Positions 52,539-60,226 of a stretch of DNA of 64,000 bases are shown here, piece by piece. Position 1 is the first letter of the stretch. Each line of letters begins with the position of its first letter. The notes below the pieces were generated by a model. It was not told where the DNA came from. It worked only from the letters and a program-made list of their open reading frames with translations, and ran no database searches. This DNA comes from Bacillota bacterium (lineage in GTDB: Bacteria > Bacillota > Clostridia > Christensenellales > CAG-138). The stretch covers positions 3,318 through 67,317 of the forward strand of contig JAEESS010000007.1 in assembly GCA_016286445.1 (NCBI GenBank). The letters are read 5' to 3'. The translations under genes and the position numbers were made by a program.

Positions 52539-54779
52539 TCATTCGATCGTACAGCTTCGGATGTTCGACCACGGACTGTGGACCGTATTTCCGAAGCGGT
52601 TGTAGATCACGCGGACACGGACGTAATACCGCGTGCCTGCAGTCAGTCGATCGATCGTACCTTCCTGTACGGCGAGATAGAAGAACTCACCGGAATGCAC
52701 GTCCTCGGCAAAGCCCGGGTCGCTTGAGACCTGCATCTCGTATGCGTCTGCGCCGTCAATGCCGGACCATACCGCCGTGACCTCGTCTGCCTCTCCGGAG
52801 ACCGAAAGCAGCGTCGGCGGCTGAATGTACAGGACGTCGTTTGAATACGAGCTTTCGCCGGCGGCGTCGGGATTGCCGCCGAGACATGCCTTTACGATAT
52901 ACCGGTATTGCATGAACGACGAGACGCCGCCGTCCGACCAGCCTGCCTCCGCTGTTCTTCCGAGCAGCGCGGGATCGCTCCATTCGCCGCGCGTGACGGG
53001 CTTTTCGATGCGGTACACCAGATAGCTCTCTGCGCCGCTGATCGCCGTCCATGAGACACGCACGCCGCCGGACGACGCGGACGCGCTCAGACCGGAGACC
53101 TGCGGTGCGATGATCCGGAACGTGGCGACCGCGAAGATGTCCGAATTGTGCATGGTGACGTTCACAAACGCCGTGCCGAGGTTTACGTTGTTCGAGTAGG
53201 TGACGTCGTACAGCTTCGGATTGAGGATCACGCCGTTCTGGTCGAGTACGCGGATCGGCGGCTGCTTCGCATTGCCGTTGTAGATCATGTACGGCGTGCT
53301 GCCGTCAAAGCGCACAAAGGTGTCGCCGGGCTTGAATGCGGTTTCAAACTCGATCCGGATGCTTCTGACGGGCGGAGGTGTTTTGCTTGGCGTCTGCGGG
53401 GCGGCGGTTGCGGAAACGTTCGGTTCCGGAAGCGTAACCTCTACCTCAAAGACCGAGCTGCCGGTATGGTAACGGTAAACGAATGTTTTGAACGCGGTAT
53501 CGGTGCGAAGGATGCCGGTTGCAGGGTCGTAGCGCATGCCTTCGCCCGCGAACGACACGCGTGAGGGATCGTCGACCAGCAGATGCAGATCGAAGTACCA
53601 ACCCTGCGTGTCCTGCTTAAACGGCGCGGATGCGCGAACCGACTGCTTTCCGCCGTCGATCGCCGCTTCCGACGCGCCGACGGTGAGCTCACGCAGATGA
53701 TTTCCGGAAACGGAAACGGACCGAAGCGCTGTGTTGGCGGACAGATCGAGCGACTGCAGGTTGTTTCCGTCGACGGAAAGCTGTTCGAGGTTCGGACAGC
53801 CCGTGACGTCCAGCGTTTCGAGCGCGTTGTCGGAAAGCGTCAGCGTATGAAGCGCCGGAAGCGTTCCGAGCTCCAATTCGCAGAGCGCACCGCCGGAAAC
53901 GGTCAGCGAACCGAGTTTTTCGTTTGCGCTGACGTCCAGCGTTTCCAAACCGCCCTCAACAACAACGGCAACCAGGTCCGTATTTGCGGAAAGATCAAGT
54001 GCCTGTACAGACGGAAGCGCAAGGTCGAGCGAGATGAGCGCGGTCAGCCCGGAAAGCGACGCGGCTTCGACCGATCCGTCGGCATGCCACGACAGCGAGG
54101 TGAGTGCAGGGAACTGCTCGAGCCCGCGAAGATCGCGCACGCTGTCCGGCAGTTCGAGCGAGCAAACGCTGCGCGTCTGCGCTTCGGTCAGATAGTATCC
54201 GTATTCGTCCTGTTCGGCGCCTGCCGTGTCGATCAGGTATGCGCGCAGGGCTTCGTCCGGAATGCTCTCGGCGTCGAGAGACAGATACCGGTCGGACGGA
54301 ACCGGATCCGTCGGCGCGGGGGACGTTGCCGGGACGACGGTCGCCGCGGGCTCGGGCGTTTTTTCATCAACGGGCGCTTCGATCGAAGGAGATTCCGGAG
54401 CAGCGCCGGGACGGAAGAGATCGCCCAAAAGCCCTCTGCCGAACGGCGTGAGTGCAAAGAACCCGACGATCAGCAGCACGGCGGCAGCGGGGATCAGACG
54501 CGGCGCATACGCACGGAAGCTTTCGCCGACGCTTGAAAGTTGCAGCTTCAGCCTGCGGGTCCTTTTACGGCGCGGCGGCTCCCGCATCAGCCGTTCGATG
54601 GTTTCGGTAAGCTCCGGCGGCCAGTCCGCGCGCGCGGAAGCGCGGTTCAGGATCGCTTCGACCGACGGACAGACGTGCCGTTCGGCAAGCGCCGCCGCCT
54701 CGTCCTCTCCGATGGAAAAGGCGTCGTTCAAAAGATACGGTTTTTTGCGGAGCAGTTTTTTCAGTTTGCGATTGGTCAT
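52539..54779 (-). CDS. Single-pass membrane protein, candidate anti-sigma factor with LRR + FN3 ectodomain
   Basis: Start overlaps the sigma-factor stop (ATGA). About 110-aa cytoplasmic N-terminus, TM LIPAAAVLLIVGFFALTPF, Pro-rich spacer, LRRs (LDLSANTDLVAVVV, LDVSANEKLGSLTV, LDVTGCPNLEQLSV, LDLSANTALRSVSV) and FN3-like repeats (VRVSWTAISGAESYLVYR, VTAVWSGIDGADAYEMQV). Confidence 0.7.
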   Translation of the reverse strand: MTNRKLKKLLRKKPYLLNDAFSIGEDEAAALAERHVCPSVEAILNRASARADWPPELTETIERLMREPPRRKRTRRLKLQLSSVGESFRAYAPRLIPAAAVLLIVGFFALTPFGRGLLGDLFRPGAAPESPSIEAPVDEKTPEPAATVVPATSPAPTDPVPSDRYLSLDAESIPDEALRAYLIDTAGAEQDEYGYYLTEAQTRSVCSLELPDSVRDLRGLEQFPALTSLSWHADGSVEAASLSGLTALISLDLALPSVQALDLSANTDLVAVVVEGGLETLDVSANEKLGSLTVSGGALCELELGTLPALHTLTLSDNALETLDVTGCPNLEQLSVDGNNLQSLDLSANTALRSVSVSGNHLRELTVGASEAAIDGGKQSVRASAPFKQDTQGWYFDLHLLVDDPSRVSFAGEGMRYDPATGILRTDTAFKTFVYRYHTGSSVFEVEVTLPEPNVSATAAPQTPSKTPPPVRSIRIEFETAFKPGDTFVRFDGSTPYMIYNGNAKQPPIRVLDQNGVILNPKLYDVTYSNNVNLGTAFVNVTMHNSDIFAVATFRIIAPQVSGLSASASSGGVRVSWTAISGAESYLVYRIEKPVTRGEWSDPALLGRTAEAGWSDGGVSSFMQYRYIVKACLGGNPDAAGESSYSNDVLYIQPPTLLSVSGEADEVTAVWSGIDGADAYEMQVSSDPGFAEDVHSGEFFYLAVQEGTIDRLTAGTRYYVRVRVIYNRFGNTVHSPWSNIRSCTIE

Positions 54780-55309
54780 GATAGAGTCCTCCCGATCAAG
54801 AATACCAGCAGTAAGGTTTGATACAGCTTTGACTTGTTCTTCTTGATGTGAGCCCGCATTCGCTTGAATCGCTGTGCAACCGTGTTCACGCTGACGCCGA
54901 GCGCCGCGGCGATCTCCCTCTGCGAGTAGCCGTCCAGATAGAAGGCTTCAAACGCCTCGATCCATTCGGGCGGCGCGTCGGAGAGCATCTCGCGCAAAAG
55001 CGCGCGCGCCCGCTTGTCCTCGTATGCGGCGTCGCGCGGTTCGCCGTTCGCGGCAAGCTGCGGCGCAAGCTCCTTGAACCGGCGATCCCTACGCACCTCG
55101 CTGCAGTACGCGTGCCGCATGCAGGTCTTGAGATACGCGATCGGCTCGTGAACGGTCTCCGGGATCTTCCCGGAATAGATCAACAGCGCAAGATCGGCGA
55201 CAAGATCGCTTGCGGCTTCGTGGTCACCTGTGAGCATCAGCGCATAGCGATACAGCTTATTGCGGTTCGCATCATTCAGATAGACCGTTAACAACTCTTC
55301 AATTTGCAT
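54776..55309 (-). CDS. ECF-type sigma-70 family RNA polymerase sigma factor
   Basis: Region 2-like ...LYRYALMLTGDHEAASDLVADLAL... and region 4 HTH YLDGYSQREIAAALGVSVNTVAQRFKRMR; 177 aa. Confidence 0.85.
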   Translation of the reverse strand: MQIEELLTVYLNDANRNKLYRYALMLTGDHEAASDLVADLALLIYSGKIPETVHEPIAYLKTCMRHAYCSEVRRDRRFKELAPQLAANGEPRDAAYEDKRARALLREMLSDAPPEWIEAFEAFYLDGYSQREIAAALGVSVNTVAQRFKRMRAHIKKNKSKLYQTLLLVFLIGRTLS

Positions 55310-55443
55310 ACCACACCCCGCATATACCGATTGGCAAGATTGTATAACAGCTGTACGGCAGAGACAAGCCCTGCCTTTTGTACATCTCCGTAACTAAGAC
55401 GTATGATCCGGGCGGATTCTGTCACGCGTTTTTCTTTTTTTAT

Positions 55444-55468
55444 AAAAAAAACGACGCCGGGCGGCGCC
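55444..55468 (-). terminator. Intrinsic terminator (minus strand)
   Basis: Minus strand reads GGCGCC-GCCC-GGCGTC followed by TTTTTTTT. Confidence 0.6.
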
Positions 55469-55482
55469 GAAGGAGAATCCTG

Positions 55483-56310
55483 TTACTGTATGAGCCGATA
55501 GACGTCCGTTCTGCGCTGTCTGAGAAGCGGCAGCTCGGCACGGATCTGTTCGAGCCGGTCAAGGTCGAGCGTCGTGACCGCGACGGCTTCCTGCTCGTCA
55601 AGCTGCGCGAGGACGTTGCCCCACGGCGAACAGACGATCGAATGTCCCCAGGACCGATAGGAAGCGTTCGGGTCGCGCGCGGGCGCGGTGCCGACCGTGT
55701 AGACCTGGTTATCGACCGCGCGGCTTCTGAACAGCAGCTCCCAGTGTGCGGGACCGGTCGTCATGTTGAAGGCGGCGGGAACCAGGATGACCTTTGCGCC
55801 GGCGTCGACCATCAGCCGGGAGAGCTCCGGAAAACGAAAATCGTAGCAGATGCAGAGCCCGAAGCTGCAGAACGGGGTGGAAAAGGTCGTCACAGCGTTT
55901 CCGGGCGAAAGCGTGTCGGACTCGAAAAAACGCTGTCCGCCCTTTACGTCGATGTCGAACAAATGCATTTTGCGGTGCTTTGCGATCTGTCTGCCGTCGG
56001 GATCAAAGACGTATGCCGTGTTGTATACGCAATCGTTTTCACGCTCTGCGATCGAGCCGCCGCAAAGGTATGCGTGCCGTTCCTTCGCAAGCGCGGAAAG
56101 AAACTGCCACGACGGTCCGCCCTCGGGCTCGGCAAAGGTCGGGAACAGCCGCGCTTCATACGGTCCGTTCCACATTTCGGGCAGCATAAAAAGGTCCGCC
56201 GCGCCGTCCGGGACCGATCCGATAAGCGCCCGGATATGCGCGTATGTTTCTTCCTTTGTCGGTTTTCCGAGAAGCTGTATGCTTGCGATGCGCAGTAAAT
56301 GCCGGTTCAA
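55483..56310 (-). CDS. Carbon-nitrogen hydrolase (nitrilase-superfamily amidase, omega-amidase-like)
   Basis: LRIASIQLLG...MLPEMWNGPY (Glu)...HRKMHLFD (Lys)...FGLCICYDFRFPEL (Cys) forms the E-K-C triad. Start taken at TTG 56310 behind GGAAGGAGGA; the track start 56394 is unsupported. Confidence 0.8.
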   Translation of the reverse strand: MNRHLLRIASIQLLGKPTKEETYAHIRALIGSVPDGAADLFMLPEMWNGPYEARLFPTFAEPEGGPSWQFLSALAKERHAYLCGGSIAERENDCVYNTAYVFDPDGRQIAKHRKMHLFDIDVKGGQRFFESDTLSPGNAVTTFSTPFCSFGLCICYDFRFPELSRLMVDAGAKVILVPAAFNMTTGPAHWELLFRSRAVDNQVYTVGTAPARDPNASYRSWGHSIVCSPWGNVLAQLDEQEAVAVTTLDLDRLEQIRAELPLLRQRRTDVYRLIQ

Positions 56311-56423
56311 GGCAGATCCTCCTTCCATGCGGCGACGGGGAGACGCGCGCTCCTGTTCGACAGACGGGATTTTCCGTGGGGAAATCCGAATCAATTCTTC
56401 GGGTTGCCGTGCTTACGGCTTGT

Positions 56424-57287
56424 TCAGAGGACGGCAAGGTCCTGCAGAAAACGCAGCATTCCCTTTGGAAGCGGCGCGTCGGGGGAGAGCCCGGTGTCCG
56501 CAAGCGGGATCAGCTTATTGCTTCCGTGGTAATCGCTGCCGGCGGTGACGTAAAGATCAAACGCCTCCGACAGCGCAAGGATCTGCTCCCGCAGAATGTC
56601 GGTATAGCCGGAGTAGCAGCCCTCCAGTCCCGAAAGCCCGAAGCCGATCAAGCGGCGAACGCGATCTTCGAGCTCGGCGCCGAGAATCAGCTGATCGCCG
56701 TCGCCGAAGCACGGATGCGCCAGCACCGGCACGCCGCCGGCGTCGAGGATCGCGCGGATCGCATCCTCGGGACGCGTATAGAGATCCGGCACATGCAGAC
56801 GGTTCAGCACCGTATGAAACGCAGATTTGATCGTTTCGGCGCGTCCGTATCGGACCATCAGCTTTGCCAGATGCGGTTTTCCGGGGTTTGAAAGCGCGTG
56901 CAGCGCTTCGACGTCCGCGTTCGGAAAGGTGATCCCGTATTCCGTTTTGAGCTGTTCCAGCCGCAGATCGAGCTTTTTCAGACGGTTTGCATGTCCCGCA
57001 TCCACAACGGCGCGGATCGAAGGCGCGTCCGGACTGTAGCCGTAGCCTAAGATGTGATACTTTCCGCACGCGTCCTTGCAGGAAAACTCCACGCCGAACA
57101 GAAAGCGCGGATCGTCCTGCCGGAGCTGCGCTTTGATCCGATCGCATGCGGCGATCGCATCGTGATCCGTGACGGAAAACACATCGATGCCCGCTGCGCG
57201 CACATGGGAAAGGAGCTCCTCCGGCGTGTCTGTGCCGTCGGAAACGTTCGTGTGCATATGCAGGTCGATGATCGGATGCGTTTTCAT
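56424..57287 (-). CDS. PHP-domain phosphoesterase (TrpH/YciV-like)
   Basis: IDLHMHTNVSDGTDTPEELL...FSVTDHDAI...VLAHP...GSDYHG. Confidence 0.85.
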   Translation of the reverse strand: MKTHPIIDLHMHTNVSDGTDTPEELLSHVRAAGIDVFSVTDHDAIAACDRIKAQLRQDDPRFLFGVEFSCKDACGKYHILGYGYSPDAPSIRAVVDAGHANRLKKLDLRLEQLKTEYGITFPNADVEALHALSNPGKPHLAKLMVRYGRAETIKSAFHTVLNRLHVPDLYTRPEDAIRAILDAGGVPVLAHPCFGDGDQLILGAELEDRVRRLIGFGLSGLEGCYSGYTDILREQILALSEAFDLYVTAGSDYHGSNKLIPLADTGLSPDAPLPKGMLRFLQDLAVL

Positions 57288-57299
57288 GATGCCCGTCCT

Positions 57300-58844
57300 T
57301 TACGCCCGTTTGACCAGCGTCAGGATGTTCTGTCCGTTGCGGTATTCATAGTGAACGTCGTCCATCAGCTTCTTGGTCAAGAACACCCCGAGCCCGCCGA
57401 TGGCGCGTTCGTCCGCGGAAAGGGTCACGTCCGGATCCTGCTTTTTCAGCGGATCATACGGTACGCCGCGGTCGATGAACGTGATCGTAACGCCGTCGGG
57501 ATCGACCGCGATCCGCACGGTTGCTTTGCCCTTTTCGGGCGCGTAGGCATAGCTTGCGATGTTGATGAAGATCTCCTCCGCGGCAAGCCCGATCTGCATC
57601 CGGGATCTCGGCGGGAACTGGATTTTCGCAAGCTGTTCTTCCAGAAAGCTCTGCACCTCGGCAAGATTCTCCGCGGAGGCTTCGATGGTCAGCTCTTCCC
57701 GGGAGAAGGTCAGCGTGTCGACGGTTTCAAGCAGCTCGATCAGCTCGCGGGTCCAGAGCGCGTTTTCCGTTCGTCCCTGCTCGGTTTTGATCTCCCCGCG
57801 GCGGATCCCGCGGCGGATGAGCCGTGTATACCCGATAATGCGGGCTTTGTTTTCAACCTCGCGGATCTTTGTTTCGGAGGTTGTGCCGAGATAGGAGGCA
57901 AGCGTTTCATGCCAGAATCGCTTTGCCGTTTCAAAATCATAGCCCTGGAACCGCTTGATGATTTCGTGATCCACCTCGGAGAAGCCGACGAACGCGTTGT
58001 ACATGCTGCCGAGCTCAAAGATCGGATATCCCATGGCAAGCGTATCCATGTCGATCAGAAGGACCTCGTCGTTCTGAAGCTCTAAATTCTTGGTGTGATA
58101 GTCGCCGTGGATCAGGTGGTTGTCGCGCGGGACCGCCTCGATCAGCGCAAGAAGCTTCTTTTCGGATTCCTCCGGCAGGGTATCCTGCAGGAATCGCGCC
58201 CACGAAAGCGCGGTCTGCTTCATGTCCGTGAGCTTTCCTTCCGGCGCTTCGGTGCCGTGGATTTTCAGAAGCATTTCCGAAAACTCCTTTACGCACCAGT
58301 CGAACTTCTCCGGCTGCGTCGAAAGGATCTTTGCAAACGAGCGCGCGTTCAGAAGCTCAAAGACCGAGCCGTAGCTATTGCCGACCTTTACGACGTCATA
58401 GGAGATCGCGGTGGGGATGCCGAGGATCAGCGCAAGCTTTGCCATCTCGCGCTCATTCTGAATGTCTCCGAGCGCGTCGGCATTCCGGTAGACCTTTACC
58501 ACATTGTCGCTGTCGATGCGGTACAGCGAACCGTTTGAACCGTGGCCGATCTCCTCGCAGCCCTCGATGGAAACGACGCGGTACGCTTTTTCCACCGTCA
58601 GGATCTCCGTGAAGCCGGTCATGTCCAGGATTTCATAGACCTCGGAACTGACGTTAATGATCCGCATATCGGGATGCGTTTTGCGGATCCGCAGCAGGAC
58701 GCGAAGCCCTGCGGAGGAAATGTATTCGAGATGCTCCGCATCCAGCACGACCGGTTCGCCGTCAGCGGTAAGCTTCTCAAGCATCCGCGCTTCCGCCGCG
58801 GCGGCGTTCTGGGAATCGATTCGTCCGTTCAACGTAATTATCAT
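57300..58844 (-). CDS. Tri-domain protein: STAS, APH/protein-kinase-like phosphotransferase, GHKL (RsbW/SpoIIAB-like) ATPase
   Basis: STAS: MIITLNGRIDSQNAAAAE...LEYISSAGLRVLLRI...VYEILDMTGFTEIL. PKL: IGHGSNGSLYRI...VVKVY...LIHGDYHTKNL...LLIDMDTL. GHKL: ...LAAEEIFINIASYAY...DRGVPYDP...GGLGVFLTKKLMD.... Start at 58844 behind AAGGAG. Confidence 0.8.
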   Translation of the reverse strand: MIITLNGRIDSQNAAAAEARMLEKLTADGEPVVLDAEHLEYISSAGLRVLLRIRKTHPDMRIINVSSEVYEILDMTGFTEILTVEKAYRVVSIEGCEEIGHGSNGSLYRIDSDNVVKVYRNADALGDIQNEREMAKLALILGIPTAISYDVVKVGNSYGSVFELLNARSFAKILSTQPEKFDWCVKEFSEMLLKIHGTEAPEGKLTDMKQTALSWARFLQDTLPEESEKKLLALIEAVPRDNHLIHGDYHTKNLELQNDEVLLIDMDTLAMGYPIFELGSMYNAFVGFSEVDHEIIKRFQGYDFETAKRFWHETLASYLGTTSETKIREVENKARIIGYTRLIRRGIRRGEIKTEQGRTENALWTRELIELLETVDTLTFSREELTIEASAENLAEVQSFLEEQLAKIQFPPRSRMQIGLAAEEIFINIASYAYAPEKGKATVRIAVDPDGVTITFIDRGVPYDPLKKQDPDVTLSADERAIGGLGVFLTKKLMDDVHYEYRNGQNILTLVKRA

Positions 58845-59041
58845 TTCGGTGGTCTCCTTCTCCTGAATCATATAAGATACTGTATTATAACATATCTTTT
58901 CGCTAAAAGCATGAACTATTTCAAGAAATATCAAAATAACTTCTTGAAAAGCGCCGCTCCAGCGTGTACAATACAATCAATCGGGATAACGTACGGTGCG
59001 TGATCGCCTGTCAACGCTTGGCGGGCGGGAAAGGATTATAC

Positions 59042-59656
59042 ATGAAAACGGATATCATTCAAATCGAACCGAGCGGCGCGGGCATTGAGAAAGCGCTTGC
59101 GGAGACCGAAAAGGCCGCCGCTTTTCGGGGACTGGATCCCAAGCAGACGTTAAGACTCCGGCTGCTTGCCGAGGAGATGACGGGCATGCTGAAAACGATC
59201 ACCGGGCAAACGCAGTATCGCTACTGGGCGGAATCGGAAGGGAACGTTTTTTCGCTGCATCTGATGACGAATATGCAGGTGGATCCGGAAATGCGCGAAA
59301 CGCTTCTGAAAACGTCGACCACCGGTAAAAATGCCGCCGCGAAGGGCTTTATGGGACGGCTGAAGGATATTTTTCTGCGGCTCGGCGAATCGACCGACGC
59401 CAATGCGTTTGCCACGGAATACGGTTACGGCTACGTCGGCGTGGTCGGCTATGACGCTTCGGTGGATATGTCGCCGAACGCCGTGCTGTACGGCTGGTCG
59501 ATGTCCGCCTATCGGGATGCCGTTGCAAAGCATCAGTCCGAGGAACCGGAGAAGTGGGATGAACTGGAAAAATCGATCACGGCAAAGCTGGCGGATGAGG
59601 TCAAGATCTTCATTCGCGGCAAATCCGTGGAAATGGTAATCGAAAAAGCATTCTGA
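59042..59656 (+). CDS. Hypothetical protein (no family recognised)
   Basis: 205-aa ORF MKTDIIQIEPSGAGIEKALAETEKAAAF...LRLRLLAEEMTGML..., 21 nt upstream of the STAS gene. Coding-like composition. Confidence 0.5.
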   Translation: MKTDIIQIEPSGAGIEKALAETEKAAAFRGLDPKQTLRLRLLAEEMTGMLKTITGQTQYRYWAESEGNVFSLHLMTNMQVDPEMRETLLKTSTTGKNAAAKGFMGRLKDIFLRLGESTDANAFATEYGYGYVGVVGYDASVDMSPNAVLYGWSMSAYRDAVAKHQSEEPEKWDELEKSITAKLADEVKIFIRGKSVEMVIEKAF

Positions 59657-59677
59657 TTTCGGAAGGGAGATACAAAC

Positions 59678-59974
59678 ATGACGATTGAAAAAACAAAAAA
59701 CGGCAGCGCTCTTTTGATCGCGCTTTCCGGCAGACTGGACACCATGACCGCACCGGACCTCGAAGCGGAGCTCAAGGACGGACTTGAAGGGATCGAGGAG
59801 CTGACCTTTGATCTTGATAAGCTCGACTACATCTCTTCCGCAGGGCTTCGAGTGCTGCTTTCGGCGCAAAAGACCATGAACCGTCAGGGCAGCATGAAGG
59901 TGCAGCATCCGAATGAGGTGATCGCGGAGATCTTCGAGGTTACCGGCTTTACGGATATCCTCACGATCGAATAA
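59678..59974 (+). CDS. STAS-domain protein (anti-sigma-factor antagonist, SpoIIAA/RsbV-like)
   Basis: LSGRLDTMTAPDLEAEL...LDYISSAGLRVLLSAQK...VIAEIFEVTGFTDILTI; 98 aa. Confidence 0.85.
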   Translation: MTIEKTKNGSALLIALSGRLDTMTAPDLEAELKDGLEGIEELTFDLDKLDYISSAGLRVLLSAQKTMNRQGSMKVQHPNEVIAEIFEVTGFTDILTIE

Positions 59975-60001
59975 CTGTTTCGGAAGAACCACCGGACCGA
60001 A

Positions 60002-60040
60002 AACCGTCTGTGCATAAGATCGGCACGGACGGTTTTTTAT
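60002..60040 (+). terminator. Probable intrinsic terminator
   Basis: ACCGTCTGTGC ... GCACGGACGGT (one mismatch or wobble) followed by TTTTTTATTT. Confidence 0.6.
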
Positions 60041-60226
60041 TTGTCCGATCCATGGAACGGATTTGCACAGAAAATTAACAATTTGACGGATAATTTCGTT
60101 CGGATGCTATAGACAAATCTGCCGGCATTATAATATATATGTAAAAGTATATTGCGTAAACCAGCATGATCCACGGACCGAAACGAAAAAACAGACAGAT
60201 CCGGACGCAATCAAAAAGCGGAGGCA

